Shown here one piece after another: positions 12,201 through 27,200 of a DNA stretch of 64,000 bases (the first letter of the stretch is position 1; every line of letters starts with the position of its first letter). Source of the stretch: Octopus sinensis (Eukaryota). The notes under the pieces are model-generated. The model saw nothing but the letters and a program-made list of their open reading frames with translations, did no database searches and was not told the DNA's origin. The translations under genes and the position numbers were made by a program. The stretch is from the NCBI RefSeq assembly GCF_006345805.1, contig NC_043022.1, positions 14,012,001-14,076,000 on the forward strand. Direction: 5' to 3'.

Positions 12201-15200
12201 GAGAGTTTGAATGTTGTTGTTCTTGGTGTAATTGTAATAGCAGTCAGAGCGTTAGCTGCCGTCGATCATTTGCTATGATTGATGTCAGCTTGGGTCAGCA
12301 TCTGTTTGCCATATATCTGCTCTCTCTGCTGCATCCCAAAGCTCTCTGGTTAAGTAGCCAAGGTGTGCTGAATTTATACAGGTGTTTAGGCTCAGACGGA
12401 AAGGTGCAAAAAAGACGGGATTATTTGCTGGAGTCAGTTCTAGGCGGAGTTGTGATTGGTTAGATTTTATTTTTAATCATTTACTCTTTACTCTTATACT
12501 TGTTTCAGTCATTTGACTGCGGCCATGCTGGAGCACCGCCTTTAGTCAAGCAAATCGACCCCGAGACTTATTCTTTGTAAGCCCAGTACTTATTCTATCG
12601 GTCTCTTTTGCCGAACCGCTAAGTAACGGGGACGTACACACACCAGCATCGGTTGTCAAGCAATGCTAGGGGGACAAACATATACACACAAACACATACA
12701 TACATATATATATACATATATACGATGGGCTTCTTTCAGTTTCCGTCTACCAAATCCACTCACAAGGCTTTGGTCGGCCCGAGGCTATAGTAGAAGACAC
12801 TTGCCCAAGGTGCCATGCAGTGGGACTAAACTCGGAACCATGTGGTTGGTAAACGAGCTACTTACCACGCAGCCACTCCTGTGCCTATATTTGGGTAATA
12901 TTCTAGCAAATTTCAATCTCAGGTGATTGCTGAATATTCCTACCACTGCCACCCTCTTCCCCCATTGCTGCAATGCACCCAGCTCCCACCCTCCAACTTG
13001 CCTTCACCACCACCTCCACGACCTGCCCACACAGTAACCCCCACCTCTTCACACCAACAGAAATGAGATGAAAGTCTTACTTTCTCATGGTCACCATGCC
13101 GATATTCCACATCACAAGTGCCGTGTAGGGGTGAACCCAGCCAGTTCGTGTGCGGATCTCTTTTGCTTCGTGTAAGAAGTTCAGAGCTAAATCTAGTGAA
13201 AGAGAGAGAGAAAGAGAGACATAAAAATAGATACAGAGAGAAATAAAGATAGATCAAGAGGGAAATAGAGAGAGAGACATTGAGAGAGAGAGATACATTG
13301 AGAGAAAGATACATTGAGAGTGATAAAAATAGAAACAGAGATAAAGAGAGAGAGAGAGAGATTGGGAGAAAGAGAAGATACATTGAGAGAGATAAAAATA
13401 GAAACAGAGACAAAGAGAGAGAAAAAGAGAGATAAATAGAAAGAGAGAGAGACATAGATAGATAGAGACAGATAGATGGGTAGAGATAGATGGATATTGA
13501 GAGATAAAGATATAGAGATAGAGAAAATGATAGATAAATAGAAAAAAGAGAGAGAGAAGGACTTAGAGACAGGTAGATGGATGGAGATAGATAGAAGGAC
13601 ATTGAGAGAGAGATAGATAGATGGATAGAGATAAATAAATGGATGGATAGACAGACAAATAGACAGAGAGATAGATATAGAGATAAAAGAAACAATAAGA
13701 TATAGATAGATAATTAAGTTAAGTTAAGTTAATTTTTTGGCTCAAAAAGCAAAAAGCAAGGCCATGTAGGGGGGGGGGGGGACATGGAGTTATGTACAGG
13801 GAGGGTGTTCATGCAAAGAGTTCAGGCCATTTCTGGTCAAGAGAGACTTTGAACCGAGCGGTCGTCGGCATCTTCACTATCTCGTCCGGCAGTTTATTCC
13901 ACGGATCCGCAACCTGGACGGAGAAAGCCCCTCTCCTTCGATTGAGATGAAATCGTCGCAGATAGAGCTTTTCGGAGTGACCCCGCAGCCAACGCTCTTA
14001 AGTCGAACCATCATGTTAAGTTAAGTTAATTTTTTAGCTCAAAAAGCAAAAAGCAAGGCCATGTAGGGGGAGATGGAGTTATGTACAGGGAGGGTGTTCA
14101 TGCAAAGAGTTCAGGCCATTTGTGGTCAAGAGAAACTTTGAACCGAGCGGTCGTCGGCATCTTCACCATCTCGTCCGGCAGCTTATTCCATGGATCCACA
14201 ACCCGGACGGAAAAAGCCCCTCTCCTTTGATTGAGATGAAATCGTCGCAGATAGAGCTTTTCGGAGATAGAAATATAGAAAGGTAGATATACAGATACCA
14301 CAGGGAAATAGAAAGAGAGAGAGAGAGAGAGAGAGATCTTAGTACACATGATAATCAGATTGGTGTGAGCGGAGAGTTAGAAAAAAAGGGTGAGAAGGAG
14401 GGGGAGGAAAAGAGAAGATAAAAAAAAGGAAAAACAGGAACATACAAAAAAAAACCCAACAAAACGCTGCAAACTGTGATGGGTTTAATAAGATTAATCA
14501 AGTGAGTTATGCAAATAATTAGTTGACAATTAGTTGGGGTCATGGAAAACAATTAGCTGACAGTGATGGTTTGAAATCACAAAAATACCAAGCAAGGCAG
14601 ATAAGGCCAAATTGATTAATTAATCCGTCTGTTATCTTTTCCCTTTTACTTGTTTCAGTCGTTAGGCTGCGGCCATGCTGGAGCACCACTTTGAGGAGTT
14701 TTTACGTGAAGAGGAAGAGGGGATGAAGTGTGTGTGTGAGAGAGAGAGAGAGAGATATGGATATGGAGAAATAAAAACGAGAGTGGCGTGTAAAGGGAGA
14801 TAAATCTGTTATTCTCTCTTTTTACTTGTTTCAGTCATTTGACTGCGGCCATGCTGGAGCACTGCCTTTAGTCAAGCAAATCGACCCCAGGACTTATTCT
14901 TTCGAAGCCTAGTACTTATTCTATCGGTCTCTTTTGCTGAACCGCTAAGTTACGGGGACATAAACACACCAGCATCGGTTGTCAAGCGATGTTGGGGGGA
15001 CAAACACACACACATATAATATATATACATATATACGACAGGCTTCTTTCAGTTTCCGTCAACCAAATCCACTCACAAGGCTTTGGTAGGCCCGAGGCTA
15101 TAGGAGAAGACACTTGCCCAAGGTGCCACGCAGTGGGTCTGAACCAAGAACCATGTGGTTGGTAAGCAATCTACTTACCACACAGCCACTCCTGTTGATA

Positions 15201-18200
15201 ATGGAAAATAAAAAAGAAAAGAACCAACAAAAAAAAACAAGGAAACTGCAGCCAAGTTGCATGATAGTGGTGTCAGACATGGTATGCAGACCTATTTCTT
15301 TACTACCCACAAGGGGCTAAACACAGAGAGGACCAACAAGGACAGACAAACGGATTAGGTCGATTACATTGACCCCAGTGCGTAACTGGTACTTAATTTA
15401 TTGACCCCGAAAGGATGAAAGGCAAAAATCGACCTCGGTGGAATTTGAACTCAGAACGTAATGGCAGACGAAAAACGGCTACGCATTTCGCCCGGCGTGC
15501 TAACGGTTCTGCCAGCTTTCCCCGATGGTATGCAGACCATCACATAACTTGTTTGACAGGCACACAGCGGTTTTATTCTCTTCTGCCATTTTATGACTCC
15601 CAGTGGGTCCATGCAGATCGAGTGTTCATACTTCTCTTTCTTGTTTCTACTTGAAACAATTTACAGATCATAACCATCTGTAGGCGCAGGAGTGGCTGTG
15701 TGGTAAGTAGCTTGTTTACCAACCACATGGTTCTGGGTTCAGTCCCACTGCATGGCACCTTGGGCAAGTGTCTTCTACTATAGCCTCGGGCCGACCAAAG
15801 CCTTGTGAGTGGATTTGGTAGACGGAAACTGAAAGAAGCCCGTCGTATATATGTATATATATATATATGCGTGTGTGTGTCTGTGTTTATCCCCCTAGCA
15901 TTGCTTGACAACCGATGCTGGTGTGTTTATGTCCCCGTTACTTAGCGGTTTGGCAAAAGAGACCAATAGAATAAGTACTGGGCTTACAAAAGAATAAGTC
16001 CCAGGGTCGAGTTGCTCGATTAAAGGCGGTGCTCCAACATGGCCACAGTCAAATGACTGAAACAAGTAAAAGAGTAAAGTGTATCTCGCACGACTCTGTG
16101 GTCATGAGGAGTGCTTTGCATCCTGATCGTCACCATCATCATTTAATGTCCGTTTTCCATGCTAGCAGGGGTTGGACGGTTTGACTGAAAACTGCTAAGC
16201 TCGGCAGGCTGCACCAGGTTCCAGTCTGATTTGGCATGGTATCTATGGCTAGATGCCCTTCCCAATGCCACCAACCACCACAAGAGTTAAGTTAAGTTAA
16301 GTTAATTTGGCTCAAAAAGCAAAAAGCAAGGCCATGTAGGGGGACAGGGAGGGTGTTCATGCAAAGAGTTCATCCATTTCTGGTCAAGAGAGACTTTGAA
16401 CCGAGCAGTCGTCGGCATCTTCACTATCTCATCCGGCAGCTTATTCCACGGATCTGCAACCCGGACAGAGAAAGCCCCTGTAGTGTTAGCTTTTTATGTG
16501 CCACCGGCACGGATGTCACTGACGTGACACTGGCATCGGCCACAACTACGATCATACTTGGTTTGACAGTTCTTCACAAGCACGACTGTGAAAAAAATCT
16601 TGAGTCACCATTTTAACTTTTCACACACTGCATATTCTCCAGAGCTGGTTCGCCTGCCACTACAGGGGAGATAACTCATACCATGACATGATGCACCTAC
16701 ACCGTGCTAGAGGTTAGAGGTTGTATTGTGAAGGTGTTGCCGAAGGGTAAATGGGGTATGTAGCATGATGCATTACTGCCACTTACTTCCGTCACGTGTT
16801 GTTTAAAACTGTGAACCCCAACAATGTGAGATCAAATCTCTTTACCGCTTCCTATGTATCATTTGATCTTCCTCTGTCAAAATGGGGTCAGGGAAAACAA
16901 GGAGCTACACACACACACAGAGTATGGGATATTTCTTTGATGTTGCTAAGACTTGGCCATTTTTCTCTTTTCGTGCTAATTGACACTGCCATGTCTAATC
17001 AACATCCCCATGTTTCACTAGCAAGCAATTACAACAGTAATGATGATGGTGATGACTTGACAACCATGATGATGATGATGATGATGATGAGGATGAAAAT
17101 GATGGAGGAGGAGAATGGGTGGAATGACGACGACAATATTGACATTCATGATGATAGTGATGCTGATGCTGACGGTGATGATAATGATGATGACGACTAT
17201 AATAATAATGGCAATAATGATGCTGAAGATGTTGGTAGTAATGATGATGATGATGTCGACGATGATGGTGGCAATGCTGATGATGTTGGTGATGATGATG
17301 CTGACGGTGATGACAATGATGTTGATGGTGACGACAACGATGATAATGATGCTGACGATGTTGATAGTGATGATGATGACGACGTTGATAGTGGCGATGA
17401 TGATGATGCTGATGATATCGGTGATCATCATGCTGATTGTGGTGATGACGACGACGGCGATGGCTTTGATGACGATGATGTTAATGATGATGATGATGAG
17501 GAGAAGGAGTGGGAGTGGGTTGCAGGAATAAACTTATGACAAGCAAAGCAAGAAGCAGCAGCAGCGGTGGTGCCATCTAACCAGTGACTTACCATGTCGA
17601 AGTTTGTTCTTGGAAAACTGTCCGGCAACATTGCACAGCGTCGGAACGAGAATGTGCTCTTGCACGCAAGAGATGCTTCTTTTGCTGAACAGAGAAGACA
17701 GATAGAACTGCAGCGCCAAATTCGGTAAACCACCAGCTGCGAAGAGTACAAGAAAGAAAGGAAGAAAGGAAAAAAACCATGGTTCAATACTCGTTAATGT
17801 TGAGAGAAGAATCGGATGCTGTGAATAAAGATTATTGCTTTTTCTCAAACTAATTGATCTCATCTCTAGGGATGAAACAACAAGCAACATCCTTTTCCCG
17901 CCCACCCACCCACCCACTCGTTCTCCCCACCACCACCACCACCACCTCTCTCATCCTCTCCACCGCTACCACTCTCTCAGACCATTGCCGTCTCCCTCAC
18001 CACCACCACCACCACTGCAGGCATTTTAAATCTTTCTCTCATCCAGAGAAGGGATCCCTGACTGATAGGCATTCAAGCCCTAACGGTCCCTCATCTTCCA
18101 GCCCCTGATACCCAGTCTTTTCTGTCTCTCCTATAATGGCCCCCGTTCCTCAGAGCTGGCTGGCTGGTCTATCACAGGATAATTCATTATAATTCATTGA

Positions 18201-21200
18201 AACCACAATCTTATGATCACAAGTCGAACATCCTAACCCACACCTCTAGAATTGGTGTATGAGTGACTGAGATTACAACCCTCACTGACATGCGATTGCT
18301 GGTCTGTCATTGGGTTAATTTCCTAGCTACGGCTGGGACCCTGTTACAGCTAGGGTCCTGTTACAGCTGGGGCCGTTACAACTGGGGCTCTGTTACAGCT
18401 GGGGCCCTGTTACAGCTAGAACCCTGTTACAACTGGGGCTCTGTTACAGCTAGAACCCTGTTACAGCTGGGGCCCTGTTACAACGGGAACCCTGTTACAG
18501 CTGAGTGGACTGGAGCAACGCACTGCTTGGTCCATAGGCAGAAAAATAGTCGGAAACCACTAGTTGGGAAGTGAACTTGTTCACCCCAGAGTTGTGTCTG
18601 GACTGGGCCTATCATGTTGACCCCCCCCCCAAAAAAAAAAAGCCATCAGGTTCTTACAGCGTTCAATATTAAGTCCAACGTTGTTTAGCATATAACAGAC
18701 GGCTGGATGTCCAGATTCTCCGACCAGGGTCAGTTGTTCGTGCAGCACTTGCCCAGCTTTGGAATGGTTTCCTGAGGGAAGAAAGGAAGAGAAAAGAAAG
18801 AATTTAGAAAAATAGAATAAAACACAATATGATTGTGTGTGCATGTGAATGTATGTGTGTGTGTGTGAGCGAAGTGTGTATGTGTGTGTATTCTAACTGG
18901 GCTCCACCTGCAAGGTCATGCACTGTATATCTTGATATGAGATCACCATGGTGCGCATATTTGGCTGTAAGGCATGTGCTTGGTGCACCCTTAAAGACGG
19001 GTGGTCACGATGGGTATGTTCGTTATGCGTGTCTTTTCCTTCCTTTCCTCCAGCCGTCGAAGCGTTACTAATCAAGCGAGACAACTGTATTAAACTCACC
19101 CGCCATAAAGAACACAGCTCCTTCTTTCCACCAGACTGCATAATAAAGAAAATAAAAATCAAAGATAGGTGCAGGCATGGGCGTGTGGATAAGAAACTTG
19201 CTTTGCAACCATATCATTTTGGGTTCAGTTCTAATGCATGTGTCATCTATCATAGCTCCAAGTCAACCAATACATTGAGAATGGATTTGGTAGACAAAAT
19301 CTGTGGAAGCATGTTGTATACATTAATTATAAAATGTCGAAAAGAATAAGAGTTATGCGGTCATTTTCATTAGCTGACAGCTGTTTCAGTTATAAGAGGC
19401 AATGCACTCAGAGATGGGTGCTTGTGCAACATTAGATAGCTTCTTCGGAGCCATTAAAATGAAATTTATTTCTGAAAGCATATATATACAGAGAAAAGAT
19501 TACTTTGTGTGTGTGTGTGTGTGTATGCATCTCCCCCACTGCCCCAACTCCATTGTTTGACAAATGATGTTGGTTTGTTTATGAACCCACATGACTTAGT
19601 GGTTCAGCAAAAGAAACCAATACAATAAGTACCAGACTAAAAAAAAAAAAGAGAAACATTTGTATTGGGATCGGTTTATTTGACTAAAACCTTTCAAGGT
19701 ATTGCTCCAGCATGGCCACAATCTAATGACTGAAATAGATAAAAGACAAATACCATGTGGCATTTAGTATAGTTTGTAACCCAAGAATGTTGCTGCCAAT
19801 AGTATAGAAAAGGTTTGACCGGCAGTTTTTTAAAATAATTTCCACGTAACTAAACACTTTTAAACTTCATATACTGGTAGAATGTGTTTATAAAACATCT
19901 TTTTCTCTTGGCTTTATTGAGAAAATTCTATAGTTTGTAAGATATTTGTTGTTTTTCTTCTTCAATTTCTGCAATTTCAACCAATCAATGACGTCTATTG
20001 AGGTAAAAAAACATTCTGTGCCGTATGAATATATCCCTCGTTCAAGAAACAGATTGGGTTTATTTACATTTCTGAAGAAAAAAAGATACCCTTCCCCCAA
20101 CCCTAAAACAGATTGAAATGCAATAGGTCGATACTAGGGTCATAATTATGGGTGACAATTTCATATGACACCGCTAGAAAAAGCTGCCGTTCAAACCGAA
20201 AGATCCGAAAAGGGCAAATATGCCCAACATTCCGTGTTGATTCAACCCCCTTTTCTGCAGAAATATATCATCATCGTTTAACGTCCGTTTTCCATGGTAG
20301 CTGGGTTGGACAGTTCGACCGGGGTCTGGGAAGCCAGGGGCTGCACCAAGTTCCAGTCTGATCTGGCAGTGTTTAAAAAATGGCCTAATTATCCAAAAAG
20401 AAAAAGGAGTAACATGACTAGGTAGAGCGAAAAACGGGTTTTAAAATGATATATAAACTCAAAGTAATTTAACGAAAATTAATTTGAAAATACATCATTT
20501 AAAACCAAAATTTAAAATTCTGCAAGAACATTCTTGACAACCTAATACGTCAATTACTGCTTCCCATTTGCTTGGCAGGCGGTCAAACCGTCATTTAAAG
20601 ATGTTTTTGTTAAATAGTTATTGTTTTCGTTGAAAAAAAGCCGCAATAACTATGCACCAACCCAATATTTTTCTGTTTATTAACCCTTTCGTTACTATAT
20701 TTCTGACCAAAATACACCCCTCATGAGTTTCAATTAAATTCTAAAATAATCATGAATCTAGGCTTGTTTCATTAAATAGCTGTAACTTTTTTACTTATCA
20801 ACATATTAATGTGATATTTGGAACATAATTAAAGAAAGGGTTCTTAATCAATTTTATTGCATAACTTTTGTCTCAAAGTGACTTTAATTACAGGTAAATC
20901 CAGGTAAATTGAGCAAAAGGTAAAAATATTAAAATTTTAAATTGAGCAAAAGGTAAAAATATTAAAATTTTGTTTAAACATCACCATAGAAAATGAATCA
21001 TCAGCTAATATTCAAATGGGTATGCAACAAAATTTTGATAAAGAAGAAATGTGCACATCACTATATCATCAGTTGAATTTAATGCACAACAGGTGTACCA
21101 TAAAGCCGTAAGTTTGACCGAACTAAAGAAATCGGTCAAAAAATAATATACAGCCCTGGTTATGGTATGGAAGTGATAAATTCCAGACCACATCGTTCCC

Positions 21201-24200
21201 TAGGCCATGCTGACTAACATTATTTTCCCTGTATAAAAACTAAATCCACGCAGTACCCAGTATTTGCTTCACAAATTTTCCGAAATTTGAACTCCCATTT
21301 TGTGTTTGTTTACAATCTGCGTAAGTTTGTTTCCGCATTGATCGCTTCAAACAATAACTTCCAGACCACATCATACCCTAAGCCATGCTGACTAACATTA
21401 GTTTTTCTGTATAAAAACTAAATCGACAACAGTACCCAGTATTTGTTTCACAAATTTTCCAATTCAGAATCAATGCTTGATAACATGAAGCTCCTATCCA
21501 TTTTCAAAGTTGAAGAAATATCGATGCCGAAAAAAATGTAGAAAAAAATCTCCCAAAATTCAGGGAATTAAAATTACACGTCGATCGTTGTACAAAACTG
21601 TAGATTAACTGTTTACGAAGCATAATCACATGTTTTCATGAATGTACTAAAGAGATTTGCTCTGATATTCTCATTTAAATATGAATAGGTAAATTTGGGC
21701 GGTTTGGTCACATTAACCAAAATTTTTTTCAGGCGGCTTAGTAACGAAAGGGTTAAAATAATGTGATTCGCAGAAAAATACAAATTCTATTTTTTTAATT
21801 TTCTAATTTTTATTTTATTTATTTTTTTGGTAGATAGTTAGCATAATTACTGGAATAACAACGAGACTTAATTTTGCAGTTAAATGGTAAACATTTTTAT
21901 AGCAGAAATCAGATCTATCCACCACTCAAAATGTCATTACCCTTAACTACAGAAAGTAGTTTTATATGCCAATCATCATCATCATCATCATCCTTGTTTA
22001 ATGTCCGTTTTCCATGCTAGCACGGGTTGGACGGTTCGACCGGGGTCTGGGACGCCAGGGGCTGCACCAGGCTCCAGTCTGATCTGGCAGAGTTTCTACA
22101 GCTGGATGCCCTTCCTAACGCCAACCACTCCACGAGTGTAGTGGGTGCTTTTTATGTGCCACCTGCACAGGTGCCAGGGGGGTCCGGCATCGGCCACGAT
22201 CGGTTGGAGCTTTTAACGTGCCACCGGCACGGAAGCTAGCCAAGGCGGCGCTGGCAACGGCCACGTTCAGATGGTGCTTTTTATGTGCCTCCGGCACTGG
22301 AGCCAGTCAAGTTGCTGAGGAATGGTCATGTTTGGAACTATTTTCTGTTGAAACATGTCAAGTTTATTGAAACAACGTGACTTGCAGAAAATATTTTTCA
22401 GAAGATATTTAACACCATAACTGCAGAAATCAGATATATCCATTCAAAATTTCATGGGAGAAGGTCATGTTTGGAACAATTTTCTGTTGAAACATGTCAA
22501 GTTTATTGAAACAACGTGACTTGCAGAAAATATTTTTTCAGAAGATATTTAACACCATAACTGCAGAAATCAGATATATCCACTCAAAATTTCATAGAAG
22601 AAGGTCATGTTTGGAACAATTTGCTGTTGAAACATGTCAAGTTTATTGAAGGAATGGGATTTGCAGAAAATGACAATTCTATTTTTTTAGGAGATATTTA
22701 ACATCATTACTGAAGTAACCATGAAACTTAATTTTGCAATTAAAGGGTTAATAATATATAATTATAATGCACTCCCCCCAGAACCAGCACTGTTGCTGTC
22801 ACTCCCCCACCCCACCAATGTACTGGTACCAAGGTAATTAACATAATTAATCAACTGATAATACACGAAAGCAATTAAGACTCACCAGCAAAGATAAGGT
22901 TGTGTGTCAGGTGCACATAAGAGTAGATCTTAGCGTGCTCAACATCGGCTCTATCTCGATCAAAGACAGTGGTTTCTAGAGCTTTCTCTGCAGCCCTTAA
23001 TGAAGAGTAAAAAGATAAAATAATTAAACGAACATCAACTAATGTATTTCATCATCATCATCATCATTTAATCATTCAGCTTTCCATGCTGGCATGGGTT
23101 GGATGGTTTGATACGAGCTAGCAAGCCAGAGAGGAACCTCAACAGGCTCCAATTGTCTGTTTTGGCACGGCTTCCGCAGTTGGATGCTCTTCCCATGCCA
23201 ACTACTCTACAAAGTGCACTGGGCGTTTTGTATGTAGGACCAGTGTTGGCACATTTTATATGTGACAACAGCATGGGTGGTTTTGTTACATGGCACGAAA
23301 ATGTAACATACTCGCTTCTGTGTCTTTCACAACAATGTTAATTAATGCTTTAATCTTGTAATGAAATGACAAGAAACAAAGATATTTACCTGGAAATAAT
23401 TAAATCCACATTTTTATATCTACCTAATTAACACTGACTTGTGTGTCATAAAAACACCCACAATAGCCCAAGTATGTCATAAACACCAACAGTAGTCTGT
23501 GTAAGTCATAAACATCCACAATGACCCCTGTGTATCATAAACACCAACAGTGATCTGTGTAAGTCATAGAAGCATCCACAATGATCGATGTATGTCATAA
23601 ACATCCACAATGACCCATGTATGTCATAAACATCCACAATGACCCCTGTGTATCATAAACACCAACAGTGATCTGTGTAAGTCATAGAATCATCCACAAT
23701 GACCCATGTATGTCATAAACATCCACAATGACCCCTGTGTATCATAAACACCAACAGTGATCTGTGTAAGTCATAGAAGCGCCCACAATGACTCATGTGT
23801 CATAAACATCCACAATGACCCATGTATGTCATAAACATCCACAATGACCCCTGTGTATCATAAACACCAACAGTGATCTGTGTAAGTCATAGAATCATCC
23901 ACAATGACCCATGTATGTCATAAACATCCACAATGACCCCTGTGTATCATAAACACCAACAGTGATCTGTGTAAGTCATAGAAGCGCCCACAATGACTCA
24001 TGTGTCATAAACATCCACAATGACCACTGTGTGTCATAAACACCAACAATGATCTGTGTAAGTCATAAAAACATATACAACAACCCATGTGCATCATAAA
24101 CACCAATACCATGGAAGACTGGAAACAAATGACACTGCTTCTATGAAGGTGACACTCATTTACAACCACAGCATTATCTTGAGACAAGGATGCATACACA

Positions 24201-27200
24201 CACGTGTAAAGACCCCCTTTGGTCAATCATGACCATGGGGCTGCACCTAGGAAGTTCCCCTCTGAGGCAAAAGTCCAGGCAAGGTTGTTTCTGGAAGACC
24301 AGCAGTTGCCCAGCCTTCCCTCTTCATGTCACTGATGTTATCCAAGGGAAAGGCAAAGGGGCCGATACAGCTTGGCACCTGTGACGTCGCAACTCATTTC
24401 TACAGCTGAGTGAACTGGAGCAACATGAAAATAAAATGTCAGTCATAAAAATATCCACAATGATCAACGTATATCATAAACACCAACTATGATCTATGTC
24501 AGTCATAAAAGCATCCATCATGACTCATGCATCATAAACACCAACAGTGATCAGTGTAAGTCATAAACATCCACAATGACCTGTGTCTGTCATAAAAACA
24601 TCCACACTGATCAATATATATCATAAACACCAACTATGATCTATGTCAGTCATAAAAGCATCCATAATGACTCGTGCATCATAAACACCAACAGTGATCA
24701 GTGTAAGTCATAAACATCCACAATGACCTGTGTCTGTCATAAAAACACCCACAATGACCCATGTATGTCATAAACCCGAACAGAGACCACTTCACTATAA
24801 TAATACCTTATTCCTTTCTCCAGTTTTCCCTGCCTGTAGTAGTTAAGACTCATATAGTTGTATATCAGCAAACATTGATAATCACAGCCATAATTCTGAA
24901 GAATTCTCAAAGCGCTTTTGAAATGCCATTGTGCTTCTTTCACAGCCAAACTACCTGCAAAATTCAAAGAAAAAATTATTTTTTTTACAATAAATATCTC
25001 CATCAGAATCAAATATACATGATATATAAGTGGCTTAATTTTTTGCTTGTCCTGTGTATTATCTCATTTGATGATACACAGGACACATTTCCCCGGTGTT
25101 CATACATTATATATGATACACGTTCCCAATTGCTTTTCAATCACCAGAGTAACTTTGGGCTTAGGAAAGGAAATCTTTTTATTCATCAGAACATATGAAA
25201 GAAGATAAAATTTAAAGTCTGAAAACAAGCAGGGATGTTTAGGACAAATTTAAGAAAATGCATTGGCCAGGCAAAGGATTAAGACGAGAGAGAGATTTGG
25301 TTGGTATTTCTAGCATACAAAGGTTCTCTTTTGGCTCATGCATAGTCACAAGTTCCTTAACTGTTTGCCTGTTTTGTGTTTCACATCTGACGAGACACAG
25401 GACATATTTCCCTGGTGTCCCATGTCTCATATACGATACACATTTCTATTTTTGTCTTCAGTTAGTTGAGAAATTTGGGACTTAGGCAAATTGTAGACCA
25501 CACCAGGCTATGGATTATTTAGTACCAACTCACAAAAGAAAAAATAAATGAAGAAGAAGATAGATGCTTTTGTGATGTGGATCTTTTATAGATTGGGCAG
25601 AATAAGCTGGAAAGAGAGGAACTAGAAAAGCTGAAAGTCCAATGTTACCTACTGTCGAAAATCAAGACCACAAAGTTATCATATTTTGGCAGTATAATAC
25701 ATAAAGCTGGTTTTCCAGTTTCTATAGGGACCCCCTATAGGAGGCGCAATGGCCCAGTGGTTAGGGCAGCGGACTCGCGGTCATAGGATCGCGGTTTCGA
25801 TTCCCAGACCGGGCGTTATGAGTGTTTATTGAGCGAAAACACCTAAAAGCTCCACGACGCTCCGGCAGGGGTGATGATCCCTGCTGTACTCTTTCACCAC
25901 AACTTTCTCTCACTCTTACTTCCTGTTTCTGTTGTACCTGTATTTCAAAGGGCCGGCCTTGTCACTCTCTATGTCACGCTGAATATCCCCGAGAACTATG
26001 TTACGGGTACACGTGTCTGTGGAGTGCTCAGCCACTTACACGTTAATTTCACGAGCAGGCTGTTCCGTTGATTCGGATCAACCGGAACCCTCGTCGTCGT
26101 AACCGACGGAGTGCTTCCATAGGGACCCCACCACCACCCTGGACGAGATGCCAGTCCATTGCAGTTGAGTGGACTGGAGCTATGTGAAATGAAGTGTCCT
26201 GCACAAGAACATTGCACGGTCCATCAATCGAAACCACAATCTTACAATCAGAAGCCTGACACACTAACCACTAAGTCACATGCCTCCCCATAAAGGCAGG
26301 GGATTTCAGCAGAGAAATAGTAACACAAGAGTTAATGGAACAATGTTCTATTTAGAAACTGAATGGAAAGTTTCCAGAATAAGCTTATCGTGGGTTTAAA
26401 GATCATAAAAAGTCTTTAGAAAACATATTCATAATTGGTAAGAAAGGAACTTGCACTTGTAGGCACAGGAGTGGCTGTGTGGTAAGTAGCTCGCTAAACA
26501 ACCACATGGTTCCGGGTTCAGTCCCACTGCGTGGCATCTTGGGCAAGTGTCTTCTGCTATAGCCCCGGGCCGACCAATGCCTTGTGAGTGGATTTGGTAG
26601 ACGGAAACTGAAAGAAGCCTGTCGTATATATGTATATATATATATGTATGTGTGTGTGTTTGTGTGTCTGTGTTTGTCCCCCTAGCATTGCTTGACAACC
26701 GATGCTGGTGTGTTTATGTCCCCGTCACTTAGCGGTTCTGCAAAAGAGACTGATAGAATAAGTACTGGGCTTACAAAGAATAAGTCCCGGGGTCGATTTG
26801 CTCGACTAAAGGCGGTGCTCCAGCATGGCCGCAGTCAAATGACTGAAACAAGTAAAAGAGTAAAAGAGTAACTGAAGTGAAGATGTTAACGATAACTTAT
26901 TGCACAAACACATCAATAAGTGAAGAAATAAAAACTCTGCAAAATGCATCAGGCTATCAATACACGAGCAATCAATAGTAAAAGATATAAAAAGCCAAAA
27001 CAAACTAAACTGTCTTGCTAAAACAACCACTTACATCACATTTAAGGACCACAAAAGCAAATTTGTCAAAACACCTATATATATCTCTATATATAAAGCT
27101 GAAGTTGTCTGTGTATGGCAGGTTTGGTAGCCTTCAACTAACACTATCTCCTCCGAGACCCTGCAGCGCAAGTTGACCAAAATTGAGAGTATGATAGAAG

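Noticed and set aside
16796-17539. 247-aa Asp-rich plus-strand ORF (acidic biomineralisation-like)
   Set aside because: Degenerate (GAT)n microsatellite open in several frames, inside an intron of the minus-strand gene.
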